45,374 nt of DNA, from positions 1-45,374 of IMG/VR virus record IMGVR_UViG_3300025112_000030, one strand, 5' to 3'. This document shows, piece after piece, positions 1-9,672 of this stretch. Position numbers and translations under genes: made by a program. This DNA is from a virus (taxonomy: Duplodnaviria > Caudoviricetes). Below the pieces are notes generated by a model that had not been told where the DNA came from, did not search any database, and worked only from the letters and a program-made list of their open reading frames with translations. The stretch's first letter is position 1; each line of letters starts with the position of its first letter.

Positions 1-84
1 GCCTATATCCTGTATAGATGTTGAAATAAGATCATCATCGCCAACCGATCCAATCAAATCTTCTATTTCTGTCTTAAAGCTCAT
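1..84 (-). CDS. 5' part of a virion structural protein, truncated by the window edge (MSFKTEIEDLIGSVGDDDLISTSIQDIG...)
   Basis: ATG at 84-82 overlaps the upstream stop (ATGA); the frame is open to the edge; it lies in the head-tail operon. Confidence 0.6.
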   Translation of the reverse strand, partial: MSFKTEIEDLIGSVGDDDLISTSIQDIG

Positions 85-209
85 CCAGATATTCCTACTT
101 CAGTAAATGTTGTTGCTATCGGATTCACACTGCTAAAAGTAGCTGAAGCATTAGCTACTGGTGTAAAAGTAGTTCCGTCTGCATCTATTGTTGATTCTGT
201 AAAAGCCAT
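81..209 (-). CDS. 42-aa small protein with four (A/T)F(T/S) repeats, not in the ORF track
   Basis: Manual translation MAFTESTIDADGTTFTPVANASATFSSVNPIATTFTEVGISG; TAATG overlap upstream and ATGA overlap downstream. Confidence 0.6.
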   Translation of the reverse strand: MAFTESTIDADGTTFTPVANASATFSSVNPIATTFTEVGISG

Positions 210-604
210 TAGTAATCGTATTGTTTTATGTGATAGCTTGAGCCATCTCTTTGTTTATTAGCATATTTCTTTGCTTCATTTAATTCTTCTCTCCAGAGTG
301 TCCTGAAATATGTAGCTTGCTGTAATCCGTTTGGATTTGTTTCATATCCTTTTGATATAGCATAATAAGCTAAAGCATCATGGAACTCTGTAGGTATTGC
401 TGGAGATTCAGCAAGGGCAATGCCAGTTCCAGATGCTACGAAATCCTCATCCCTTTTTACCGCATGTACATTGACAGTCTTGACTTCGCTTACTGATACG
501 TAATCTGTGCTGCTGTCGCTGTCTGATCGAGTTGCTATAGCTATAGCGTCTCTCTCTATCCACCATACTTTCTTTAACGCACTTGTTCTCTCTGCTGTTG
601 ACAT
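209..604 (-). CDS. Putative head-tail adaptor / tail tubular protein A-like, C-terminal-type half
   Basis: PAIPTEFHDALAYYA resembles the C-terminal motif of podovirus adaptor proteins; lies after the capsid genes. Confidence 0.5.
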   Translation of the reverse strand: MSTAERTSALKKVWWIERDAIAIATRSDSDSSTDYVSVSEVKTVNVHAVKRDEDFVASGTGIALAESPAIPTEFHDALAYYAISKGYETNPNGLQQATYFRTLWREELNEAKKYANKQRDGSSYHIKQYDY

Positions 605-867
605 TAGGTTGTATCCATCTTCTCAGGTTGCCCCACCAGTCTGGGTATTTCATAGTTGTCATAATCTACTCTTGTAATTTCTACTATAGCATCATCAAGA
701 TTATAATAACGCTGATCAGCAACAGTAGGAAATGTATATAGCTGTTTTAGTACTCTTGTTTTCCTGCAAAATTCATCCAGAGCTTTGTTTAAAAAGATCC
801 TGATCTGCGTCTCGCCAAGATGCGGATGATGTTGCTGTACTGTTTCTATTAATTGTTTCTGTGTCAT
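604..867 (-). CDS. Putative head-tail adaptor, N-terminal-type half
   Basis: FLNKALDEFCRKT...TVADQRYYNL resembles adaptor N-termini; operon position. Confidence 0.5.
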   Translation of the reverse strand: MTQKQLIETVQQHHPHLGETQIRIFLNKALDEFCRKTRVLKQLYTFPTVADQRYYNLDDAIVEITRVDYDNYEIPRLVGQPEKMDTT

Positions 868-876
868 AATTCTAAG

Positions 877-901
877 TTAGGGGAGCATTACGCTCCCCCA
901 A
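877..901 (-). terminator. GC-rich hairpin after the capsid/decoration genes (weak terminator or stabiliser)
   Basis: GGGGAGC-GTAAT-GCTCCCC on the minus strand; poor U-tract. Confidence 0.45.
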
Positions 902-922
902 CTCGTTTTGTTTAGTTAGCTG

Positions 923-1318
923 TTAAGAAGCATCAACAGTAGCTTTTGTTGAACCACTACAATACCAGTTTGTACCATCACAAGAAATATCAATCGTATC
1001 ATTAATTGCACCAGCATTTAATGTTAAAGATGATACTGTTTCGTGTATGTCTCTACCAGTATTTGTTGCATGATCAGTACCATAGCTACCATGATAGTAT
1101 ATCTTACTTGCACCACCAGATACCACATGTTCACTTGTATCACCAGATATAACCCTAAAGCTAAATCCAGTAAGAGAACTTGATATAGTAGGTAATGTAA
1201 CAGTAATTGCACCACCAGATAGAATGAAAGCTTTTCCATGATCAGCTGGTACAATAGAAAAACTTGCAGTCTTACTTACGCATCCAGCACTTGAACCACC
1301 TAAATAAGGTCTAGCCAT
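923..1318 (-). CDS. Putative capsid decoration / head-fibre-like protein
   Basis: Directly after the MCP with an AGGAGG SD; small and beta-rich (ITVTLP...CDGTNWY). Confidence 0.45.
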   Translation of the reverse strand: MARPYLGGSSAGCVSKTASFSIVPADHGKAFILSGGAITVTLPTISSSLTGFSFRVISGDTSEHVVSGGASKIYYHGSYGTDHATNTGRDIHETVSSLTLNAGAINDTIDISCDGTNWYCSGSTKATVDAS

Positions 1319-1329
1319 AATAAGCCTCC

Positions 1330-2640
1330 TTACGCTGTGATTTTAAACAGATGATGACTTTCAATTAGCTGTATACCAACACCTTCATCAGACATGTATT
1401 GATCTTTTACTGCGTCAAACGCATTATCAGTTTTAATATTTGTCTGATACATTGAAGGACGGTATTGTGCATGAAACAGATTTTCATCAGATACAACTAA
1501 CATATACTTATTGTAAGGTCCACGTAATGCTGGAGCTGGAATCAACTGCAACATTCCATGAGGTGTCTCAAGTATACGATAATTGAAACCAAGAGCATCA
1601 CGCTTCATATCTCCAAGAGAAACTGTCCAACCTGAGTTGCCAGACATCCCTGAAGAACCAGCCATTTTAGACCAGTAACCCAAAGCACCAGCACCAACAA
1701 AAGCACGCTTAACGCCTGATTCTGGTACATACTGGAATACCTTTTCCATATCATCTACAAAATCTCCATAGCCGTAACTTGAAGAAACTGTAAAAATATT
1801 GGTATAATCAACAGATGAAGAACTGCTTCCGTATGTATTAATGGCGGAAATGATACCATAAGTTGTACGAACCAAGTTTCCGTCAGCATCTGTACGTCCA
1901 GAGTCATTGAAAGAATCCGATGTAGATCCATCTTGAAGATCCAAACCAGTACCATCATCTCTCTGTCCAAACAAGAAGGCTTTCTCCTTCTGCATCTTAT
2001 GCTCTTGAGCTTTTATCCTACGCAATCTAGAAAGTTCTGAAGATTCTCCACGAAGAACTGCTGCTTGTAACGTACCAGTTATCTGCAATGGAGTCTTAAA
2101 GATCTGACAAGAGTTCCATACGACAGATAGCTCATCTGCCCATGCTTCAGGTGCGTCAGTACCTTCACCGTGTGCACTACCGACAACATAACAAACGTCA
2201 TCATCAGCAATAGCAATAGTACTGTTGGCTAATGATTTCATTGTCAATGTTGTAGATGATGCGGTAATAACTGCCGTACCTCGGTTGGTGTCTTCATCAC
2301 TATTCCAAATCTCAACAACCAGTCCAATCCATGAACTGTCTGGAGTTGAGGAAAGACCTTCAATACCATCCACAGCGATACTGGCTAAACCAGTATCGTT
2401 ATCTGGAATAGTACCCGGATCTGCATTAATGACGAACTTTTGTTTTACCCAAGGATTACGATGTTCAAACATCTTAAACACTGGGTCTGGGACTTTCCGT
2501 TGTTCCTGATTACTAATCAATGTAGTAAAAGGTGCAACGTCTGTCCATAGCTCCTTAGTGACCTGCGGATCTACGTAAAAATTTCGTCGATCCGTATAAA
2601 GTACACCAGAAGCTTTTAGTAGCTTTTCTGTAGCTGCCAT
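1330..2640 (-). CDS. Major capsid protein (HK97 fold, DUF5309/SU10-like)
   Basis: 436 aa after portal and scaffold; NSCQIFKTPLQITGT motif; strong AAGGAG SD. Confidence 0.8.
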   Translation of the reverse strand: MAATEKLLKASGVLYTDRRNFYVDPQVTKELWTDVAPFTTLISNQEQRKVPDPVFKMFEHRNPWVKQKFVINADPGTIPDNDTGLASIAVDGIEGLSSTPDSSWIGLVVEIWNSDEDTNRGTAVITASSTTLTMKSLANSTIAIADDDVCYVVGSAHGEGTDAPEAWADELSVVWNSCQIFKTPLQITGTLQAAVLRGESSELSRLRRIKAQEHKMQKEKAFLFGQRDDGTGLDLQDGSTSDSFNDSGRTDADGNLVRTTYGIISAINTYGSSSSSVDYTNIFTVSSSYGYGDFVDDMEKVFQYVPESGVKRAFVGAGALGYWSKMAGSSGMSGNSGWTVSLGDMKRDALGFNYRILETPHGMLQLIPAPALRGPYNKYMLVVSDENLFHAQYRPSMYQTNIKTDNAFDAVKDQYMSDEGVGIQLIESHHLFKITA

Positions 2641-2676
2641 TTCATTCTCCTTTTATTGTAGTTTACTTTATAACTA

Positions 2677-3525
2677 TTACCTCCCCAGTAAAGCATCACT
2701 AAATAATTGCTCATCACTTCTAGGCTGTTCAGACTGTCCTGTCTGCACTGCTGCAGTTTTAGGAACAGCTAAACGACCTGCTTGATTTTGCATCTCTTCA
2801 GTACGCTGTTTTACTACTGGGTTGGGGTTAGTTCTCAATTCAAACAACTTGGCTAAATTGTCAAGAGTAAGGTTATCAGGATTCTGCGACCACTCTACAA
2901 ACTGTGCAGCTTTTTGATTATCGTAACCAAAATTGTTCACAGCATGGCTCATGGCTTGAGACTGTACCATACGTAGCTGTTGCTGTTGCATCTGCTGTTG
3001 GTACTGTGTCTGCATTTCCTGATCCCGTACCTGATCTTTCTTTGTGAGAAAGTCAATGTACTGGTCCCTGTATGACTCTTTAGCTATTCGATACCTAAAG
3101 GAATCCGATTCAGGATCATTATAAGCATCGACCTCATTGTATGAATGTGGTCTTTCAGGTGCTGTAGGCTCCTTCAATGAAGGCTCTTGGAGTCCTTGCG
3201 GTTGTCCTTGAACTTGTCCGTTGGAGGGTGAGCCTTGCTGGTCAGCGTTTTGTGGTACTGTATTAGTCTTGTAGTACTCCAATTCACTGCGTATAGCACT
3301 TAGCTCTCCCTTGGCTTTGTCAGCTTGTGATTGCCAATATTCAAAACGAGTTGAGTCGTCTCTGGGGGAGACTTCGTTTGTTTGTTCTTCCGTGATTGGT
3401 TCGCCCGTACCTACAGGATTTTCTGTAGGTATCTCCCCCATAGGGATACTGGGTTGCTCTGTTTGCAATCCAGCGTTCTCTACAACAGGACGATCAGCTT
3501 CACGTGTTTCTAAGATATTCTCCAT
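2677..3525 (-). CDS. Putative capsid scaffolding protein
   Basis: Acidic/Q-rich, disordered N-terminus, coiled coils, immediately upstream of the MCP. Confidence 0.65.
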   Translation of the reverse strand: MENILETREADRPVVENAGLQTEQPSIPMGEIPTENPVGTGEPITEEQTNEVSPRDDSTRFEYWQSQADKAKGELSAIRSELEYYKTNTVPQNADQQGSPSNGQVQGQPQGLQEPSLKEPTAPERPHSYNEVDAYNDPESDSFRYRIAKESYRDQYIDFLTKKDQVRDQEMQTQYQQQMQQQQLRMVQSQAMSHAVNNFGYDNQKAAQFVEWSQNPDNLTLDNLAKLFELRTNPNPVVKQRTEEMQNQAGRLAVPKTAAVQTGQSEQPRSDEQLFSDALLGR

Positions 3526-3572
3526 TACTTTTCCTTTGCGGTTTGGTTATTTCCAGCAACCGCTTTCTTCAA

Positions 3573-3752
3573 TTATTTTTTCTTCCATTTACGAGCATTC
3601 TGGGCAAAGACTTTCTTCTTCTTCATTGCCGTAGAATCGCTCTTTTTTACTTTAAGCTTACTGGCTGCTATGTTCTTACCTTTTTTAGTGCCTGTAGCTT
3701 TTCTGAGACTGCCTCTTTTACTAGGCTTGATATAAATCTTTTTCTTAGCCAT
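3573..3752 (-). CDS. Small, very basic protein (59 aa, ends FAQNARKWKKK)
   Basis: Lys-rich; likely start at 3752 via TAATG overlap rather than 3764. Confidence 0.65.
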   Translation of the reverse strand: MAKKKIYIKPSKRGSLRKATGTKKGKNIAASKLKVKKSDSTAMKKKKVFAQNARKWKKK

Positions 3753-4306
3753 TACCCTTCCCAAGCTCCTTTAGGGTTTCTTTCTCTGCCAAGATAATCA
3801 TGTGTTGGATCAAAATGTTTTGGCATTATAGTATCGCCTTGTGGTAAATCTTTTGTATAGGGGTTAGGTGGCTCTGCTCCTACAGCTCCGTAAATAACTT
3901 TTTGATCTCTGACGCTTAACATTTCAGGAGCACCATCTTTTCTTTGTGCCATTTGTAAAAAAGAGTATACATAATCAGTAGCTTTTTCTCTTGCAACAGA
4001 TCTTGGAACAAGAAATGTATCAAGGTCATCTGTAATGGAACTGTGTAATTCATTCATAACCCTATCTATATAAGCAGGGTCATTCTCAGGATCCCAAGGT
4101 CTTTTTTTCCAATCTTTTAATTCATCGCCAAGTCTTGTTATTTCAACTAGAGGCGGGTCTTCTGAATCTCTCATTAATAATGAAGCACCTCCTACAAGAG
4201 CACCAGTAGATAAAACATCTGTTAATCCAGCTCTAATAGGATTAGCTTTATATCTTTGTTTTGTTACTGCTTTAAAAGCATCAAGCCCTATTTTAAATGC
4301 ACCCAT
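3752..4306 (-). CDS. Hypothetical protein in the head operon
   Basis: 184-aa ORF coupled to the portal stop (TAATG); one hydrophobic Gly-rich segment. Confidence 0.6.
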   Translation of the reverse strand: MGAFKIGLDAFKAVTKQRYKANPIRAGLTDVLSTGALVGGASLLMRDSEDPPLVEITRLGDELKDWKKRPWDPENDPAYIDRVMNELHSSITDDLDTFLVPRSVAREKATDYVYSFLQMAQRKDGAPEMLSVRDQKVIYGAVGAEPPNPYTKDLPQGDTIMPKHFDPTHDYLGRERNPKGAWEG

Positions 4307-6528
4307 TACTCCTCCAGCCTTAACATTTCTTCATTCATTGAACGCTGCGTATTCCTGCGTTCATCAAAGTCCTCTATATCTTCTTTAGCAACCTTTAACT
4401 CATCTGCAAGGCGTGTCTGGTAAAGCTTAGTTGCCATTTCAACCTTAGCCTCTGCTTTAGCCAGTTTCTTTTCAAATTCTTTTACTTCTACACGCTTTCT
4501 ATCATGTAAGGACTCTCTTTGTGCTGTCTGCAGATCTCCTTTAAGTTTCTTAATCTCTTCACCTTGTGCCTGCATCTGCTGTTGCATTTGCTGCATTTGT
4601 CCCGCTCTCTCTAACACACCCTCCATATCTGCAACATCAGTCTGCTTAAGCACCTCAATCTGATCAATAAGACCCTTTTCGTATAACTGCATATAGTACT
4701 CAAATCTTGCCCAGCGATTAGATGGAAGAGTAGAGCCTGACAGTACAATTAAGTCATATTTGCCAATAGTGATATCATTTATCTTGCCAATAAGATTACC
4801 AACATCATCATACAGAGGGCTGTTGACCTTCATCTCTAATGGTCTGTTATTCGGCTGCATTAGCCTGAATACCTTCTCATCTGTATATACAAACTGTATC
4901 AACTGGACTACAACCTTGGCAAGCTGGTTTATACACTCTTCTATATCATCACGCTTGGATTTAATCCTTCTCTGACCATATTCGTCTAAAGCAACCGTTC
5001 CCTTGAACGTCTGGGGTGCACTGCCGACATCTCCCTGCATCATAGCATATATACCGAGGATTCTTTCGATATCGGCTCGTGCATCAGCCTCATTCTTGTA
5101 TAGCTCGTTAGGTAAGGGCACTGGACCTGCTACAATCGGCTGCCCCAATTCTGGGTCAAATTCTATTACTGCTGTACCTGCTTTTCCCCATTCTTCTTCT
5201 AAATGCTGTTTATCCATACTGCCACGTGGTATAAGAAGCTTAACATTGGTGGAACTGGATGCATGAGCTACGATCAGGGATCTGATCTTATTAATATATT
5301 CCTGTAAGCCTTTTACCAGCCTTACATCGCTCATTGGATAAGGATTGCGGTTAAAACCATTCATAAACGGTACAACAGGGTAATCTTCGATTGGCAGGTC
5401 CACCATAAACAACTGTATATCACCCACGCTGACACATTGCTGTATCTGAGTAATTTCTATCTCGTTTACCATGATACCGCCATCTTCTATGAGGTCAGCC
5501 TTGGTTAAGACATCAATGGTAGTAGTACTGCCGGGAATAGAGCCTTCATGCTCTTCACCTGCCATAGGAACAGGCTGACCACTCATTGGATCTAGCATTA
5601 AATGATATGTATCACCAAATTCTTTTTGAATCTCCATGTAAGTGCCTACATTGCTTTTGTCCGTAAAGACAGTCTGCTCACCTGCATTGGTTATCAAGAC
5701 AATAGGCTCTTTCTTATATTCTTCAAAGTCTGCTTCGTTTAAAACCTTCTGCTCATCACTTAACGGATCATATATCTTATAGTAAGGACGTTTGATTTTA
5801 CTATAGCGTTCAAACAGCTCTAACTCACGCTCATCAGTAATAGTGGTCCCGCTTATACGCCTTTTTAAGGTAACATCTTCACTCTTAAGGCTATAGCGTG
5901 ACTCTGATGCTATATTGATATAATTCGTTTCTGTTGCTTCACGTATATGCTCTTCAAACTCAGGATATGTTTCTATAAGCTGTGTCTGGGATATTATCTT
6001 GCCTACAATGATATGTGCAGCATCTCTGGCAAAAGGATCTTTGGAGCTGGGGTCTATATACAATTCCAGAGGGTCAATAGATTTTAACTTAACTTCCCCA
6101 GCCCCAAAATCAGCATCTGGGTCAATATGTGCCATCATAACGCCCATACCCTTCACATAATAATCATCAATAGCCTGCTTTAATTCAACATTGCCATTAG
6201 AGTGATCCCAGATGTAAGCCATCAGGTCAGAGAACATCCTACCGACTTTAGCATCGCTATTCTCTCTCGCTGTGGACTGAAATTTTGGACTATTGGATGT
6301 GAGCATAGCCTTTGCCTGCTCAACTGCACTATATACTACATTAACAACCAATGGCTCTTGTGCTCTCTTCCTGAGAGCTGATACTTGATCATCTGTCCAT
6401 TGCTTGCCGTTGCGGAACTCATTGTCCTCAACTGCCTGCTTTATCCAGTTCTGCCTTGCAGACGAATAGTCTGAAAGCAAATCATGGGTTAGCTGTACTT
6501 CTTCTGTTTTAGTCTGATTACCTTGCAA
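4306..6528 (-). CDS. Portal protein (P22 gp1-like)
   Basis: 740 aa after the terminase; GKQW...EPLVVNVV, LQEYINKIRS, C-terminal coiled coil; TTG start with no clear SD. Confidence 0.85.
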   Translation of the reverse strand: MQGNQTKTEEVQLTHDLLSDYSSARQNWIKQAVEDNEFRNGKQWTDDQVSALRKRAQEPLVVNVVYSAVEQAKAMLTSNSPKFQSTARENSDAKVGRMFSDLMAYIWDHSNGNVELKQAIDDYYVKGMGVMMAHIDPDADFGAGEVKLKSIDPLELYIDPSSKDPFARDAAHIIVGKIISQTQLIETYPEFEEHIREATETNYINIASESRYSLKSEDVTLKRRISGTTITDERELELFERYSKIKRPYYKIYDPLSDEQKVLNEADFEEYKKEPIVLITNAGEQTVFTDKSNVGTYMEIQKEFGDTYHLMLDPMSGQPVPMAGEEHEGSIPGSTTTIDVLTKADLIEDGGIMVNEIEITQIQQCVSVGDIQLFMVDLPIEDYPVVPFMNGFNRNPYPMSDVRLVKGLQEYINKIRSLIVAHASSSTNVKLLIPRGSMDKQHLEEEWGKAGTAVIEFDPELGQPIVAGPVPLPNELYKNEADARADIERILGIYAMMQGDVGSAPQTFKGTVALDEYGQRRIKSKRDDIEECINQLAKVVVQLIQFVYTDEKVFRLMQPNNRPLEMKVNSPLYDDVGNLIGKINDITIGKYDLIVLSGSTLPSNRWARFEYYMQLYEKGLIDQIEVLKQTDVADMEGVLERAGQMQQMQQQMQAQGEEIKKLKGDLQTAQRESLHDRKRVEVKEFEKKLAKAEAKVEMATKLYQTRLADELKVAKEDIEDFDERRNTQRSMNEEMLRLEE

Positions 6529-6598
6529 AGTATGTGGAAAGGGTTGATTGACTAATTAATCAGTACTTAAACTCTTACTTTAAGTAAAAGTTCCTAAA

Positions 6599-8074
6599 TT
6601 AAGCTATCTTCCAGCTTATATCCTGATCTTCCCTGTAAGTATAATTAATTTTTCTTTCTTTTGCAATAGTTTTGTGATTAGGAGTATAACATTTCTTCAT
6701 AGCATAGAACAACCCGTCTAAAAGGTCATCATGCTTACCCCTAGGATAAAGTAAAAGCTCATCAACCATCTCTGGCAGATCATTTTGGATGAACATCTTC
6801 TTCTGTGCAAAATAAGGCTGCATAGTCTCAAGCCTTGATGATTTACTTGTTCTTGGACTCTCTTTTATCTCTAAGCCCGATATGAAGATCTTTTCTTCAT
6901 CGCATCGCTGACGAAGGTATTCCCTAAGCATCTCCTGATAGCCTACACTCTCTACCCTGACCTTTACAGGCTTAAATAGTTTGAAATATTCTATAATGTT
7001 TTCAGCAAGCTGCATGGGAGTTGCCCTTTGGCGGTAATACTGGAGAATATACCTGTTATTGTTTTCGTCTACTGCAACAGGCATGATTACAGAGTAATCT
7101 GCCGTCTTGCGTACCGAAGAAGCAGGGTCAACCCCCATGAAGACATTGACAGGGAACTCTTTATCCCCATCTGTTAAATAATGCTTATCGTTATTGTCAA
7201 ACTTGAGCTTATAGTCATGATGCTGAATATATTCCTGTTTAAACAACTGGTCCTCATCACCAGTGATCCAGCACATATATTCCCTATAAAAGACTGAAGT
7301 TCTGCCTATGGAATCCAGTTCTTCCTTCTTTTCCTTTAGTTTCGATATTGGCTGCCATTCCTCCCATAGAGCTTTGTTGCCATCCAGATCAGGGCTGAAA
7401 TGCATATTCTTCCACCCCTTCATATCCTTTAATACCTCTACCATGCATCTCTGGTGCTGTGGAGTGCCAATGACACATATCTTACCCTTCTGAGGATCCA
7501 AAGATGGTACAGCACTCTGCAGTAGCCATCTAAGATTCTGCTCCATAGCCTCGGCTGTCTTGGTGTTGTTCTCATCTTCAGGGTCATCAACTATAATCAG
7601 AGTGGGACGCTGTGAACCAACCTTAATGCCACGCAACTGCTGTCCCGTACCCTTGCAGATAATCATAGAACCGTCTTTAAGCTCTATCTCGCTCTTAGCC
7701 CATTGCCTTGCACTGTGCTGCCCCCAGTACCCGTAGATCTGCCGGAAGGAATCACTGTACTCTATGGTGTCCTTGATTGTGCCAAGGAGCTTTATGGCAT
7801 GATCTTGGGTACGGGAGACTAACACAATAAGCTTTGCCCCACTATGGTTCATGATATGATAAAGGGGATATACACCTCCAACAATAGAGGATTTAGCATG
7901 ACCACGTGGGGCAATGATATTTGCCTGCTTGATATCGTCATCCATCAGGACATCGGCTATCTGGTAATGAAACTCTGGGGAAGAGGCTGAAAACATGTTA
8001 GGCATAATCACCTTGCCGAACATGATCATATTATCTTTCAGCTTTCGCCTGATATATGACTTATCTTCTTCCAT
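6599..8074 (-). CDS. terL: Terminase large subunit
   Basis: Walker A APRGHAKS, Walker B IIVDDPE, IGTP coupling motif, nuclease GVDPA and HDDLLD. Confidence 0.93.
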   Translation of the reverse strand: MEEDKSYIRRKLKDNMIMFGKVIMPNMFSASSPEFHYQIADVLMDDDIKQANIIAPRGHAKSSIVGGVYPLYHIMNHSGAKLIVLVSRTQDHAIKLLGTIKDTIEYSDSFRQIYGYWGQHSARQWAKSEIELKDGSMIICKGTGQQLRGIKVGSQRPTLIIVDDPEDENNTKTAEAMEQNLRWLLQSAVPSLDPQKGKICVIGTPQHQRCMVEVLKDMKGWKNMHFSPDLDGNKALWEEWQPISKLKEKKEELDSIGRTSVFYREYMCWITGDEDQLFKQEYIQHHDYKLKFDNNDKHYLTDGDKEFPVNVFMGVDPASSVRKTADYSVIMPVAVDENNNRYILQYYRQRATPMQLAENIIEYFKLFKPVKVRVESVGYQEMLREYLRQRCDEEKIFISGLEIKESPRTSKSSRLETMQPYFAQKKMFIQNDLPEMVDELLLYPRGKHDDLLDGLFYAMKKCYTPNHKTIAKERKINYTYREDQDISWKIA

Positions 8075-8289
8075 TAATCACATTCATCGCTATACTGTTC
8101 ATAATAATAACCCAGATCCTCCATCTCACGGAGTGTATCTATGGCTAACTTTGCCATATACTCGGGATTGCCGTTATGCATGACTGCCAATACATGAAAT
8201 GCACTTACAGCTATCTGTAACTGCTGATCCCTGAGATTATCTTCCGTAATACCGTTATATTGTTTCTCAACTTCACTCAGGGGCTTCAT
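8074..8289 (-). CDS. Hypothetical protein
   Basis: 71-aa ORF overlapping both neighbours in the packaging operon. Confidence 0.55.
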   Translation of the reverse strand: MKPLSEVEKQYNGITEDNLRDQQLQIAVSAFHVLAVMHNGNPEYMAKLAIDTLREMEDLGYYYEQYSDECD

Positions 8290-9046
8290 GTTCTTCGCTC
8301 TTACGCTGCAGGGTAAGACGTTTATCTTCTTTTGCTATAGTATCGGCTATCTGTTTAGTCATATCCACCTGTATCGTGTCCGTTATCATCTTCTTACTAG
8401 GCTTCATCTCCAGTAAGTCCATTAAATAGTCGTTTGCCTTTAGAAAATTGTTTACATCACCCTTACTTTCTGCCATATGAAGGGCACGGAGTACATTATC
8501 AACTGCAAGCTCCTTATTTACACCCTTATCCTTTAGCAATTCCTTTAGTTTTTTCTCTATCATACGCTTTGCTACCTTTTGTTTTAGAAATCTGCGTACC
8601 GTTGCTGCCGGGATCTGTTGATCCGGTCTATATATTTTCCCAAGAGTATCAAAGTCCACCTTTCCAGAACTAAGCAGCATATGTGCGTAAGATGCAACAG
8701 TATTCTTAGCCCTAGTAGTGCCAGATTCATCATCATCCCATCTCCTCTTAGGGTTGGTCTTGCTATATACTCCATATTTGTGATTTCTCTCAAATAATAT
8801 TTTGGAGAATCTGCTGACCCAGCCCACTCCGCAGGTTAGCTTTACAAATGTCTTAGTATTGCCATGCTTATCTGTATAATCCCTGCGGTCATAGCATTTG
8901 GATACATAATCGTCATCTGTGTATGCCCAATCGCCATCATACGCCTCTTTCCAATATATTATAACAAGCCCTCGCTTGGCTGCCTCAGCTTTTGTAAATA
9001 TGTCGTATTTACTCGTTTTTCCGTTAATTCTGCGTTTTATTTTCAT
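8273..9046 (-). CDS. Putative terminase small subunit
   Basis: Upstream of terL; basic, helical C-terminal half; position-based call. Confidence 0.45.
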   Translation of the reverse strand: MKIKRRINGKTSKYDIFTKAEAAKRGLVIIYWKEAYDGDWAYTDDDYVSKCYDRRDYTDKHGNTKTFVKLTCGVGWVSRFSKILFERNHKYGVYSKTNPKRRWDDDESGTTRAKNTVASYAHMLLSSGKVDFDTLGKIYRPDQQIPAATVRRFLKQKVAKRMIEKKLKELLKDKGVNKELAVDNVLRALHMAESKGDVNNFLKANDYLMDLLEMKPSKKMITDTIQVDMTKQIADTIAKEDKRLTLQRKSEEHEAPE

Positions 9047-9131
9047 AAAAGATTTAAGTGTAGCTACTCTAAAGTAGCAGAGCTATTTATATATAGCTAC
9101 TCTATTATTATATAATAATAATAGTACTACT

Positions 9132-9341
9132 TTAATCCATACTCTTTTTTGGAGGCGGCTCTACACCTAGATTTTGAGCTACTATACGGCTGATTATATT
9201 ATATTCAGCATCAAGCTCCTCTGTGTTGGCATCTAGCTTACTTACAAACTCCTTGTACTGCTTCTCTGTCATTGTACGCTTCTCCCAAGCACCAGTCTCT
9301 AGATTAAACACCTCGTATTTCCGCTTCGCTTTAGTCTTCAT
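9132..9341 (-). CDS. Hypothetical protein, first gene of the leftward unit
   Basis: 69-aa ORF just downstream of a sigma70-like promoter. Confidence 0.55.
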   Translation of the reverse strand: MKTKAKRKYEVFNLETGAWEKRTMTEKQYKEFVSKLDANTEELDAEYNIISRIVAQNLGVEPPPKKSMD

Positions 9342-9351
9342 GTTACACTTT

Positions 9352-9380
9352 AAGTTAAGTACTCTATAATACTGCTACAA
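9352..9380 (-). promoter_or_regulatory. Sigma70-like leftward promoter
   Basis: TTGTAG-17 nt-TAACTT on the minus strand, 10 nt before the ATG at 9341. Confidence 0.4.
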
Positions 9381-9485
9381 GCCAGAATAGTTCCAGTACT
9401 CTTTTAAAAAGTACAACAAGAATGCGTGTGAGAGGAACGTAGAGTACCTACCCCCCGTTAATTCGGGTTGGGTTGGCTTAACTAC

Positions 9486-9555
9486 GTTGAGTTCAGTTAA
9501 TTGAGTTGAATTGAATTAACTCAATGTGTTCACTCGCTACTCTCACTCACTCAGA
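9486..9555. repeat. Degenerate short repeats (GTTGA/GTTCA/TTGAA, then CACT) in the divergence region
   Basis: gttga gttca gttaa ttgag ttgaa ttgaa; inverted repeat ttgagtt/aactcaa at 9501-9524. Confidence 0.5.
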
Positions 9556-9628
9556 GCACATATATCCACGCATGTGCGATCCTTTATCTAATCCTTACAC
9601 ATCACATCTGTTACATGCTACTATGTAT

Positions 9629-9654
9629 CTCCTCTATCTCTGGCAATTAAGCCA
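9629..9654 (+). promoter_or_regulatory. Repeated early motif, copy 1 (candidate phage promoter plus hairpin)
   Basis: CTCCTCTATCTC-TGGC-AATTAA-GCCA. Confidence 0.6.
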
Positions 9655-9672
9655 CATATAAAGGAGTACATC

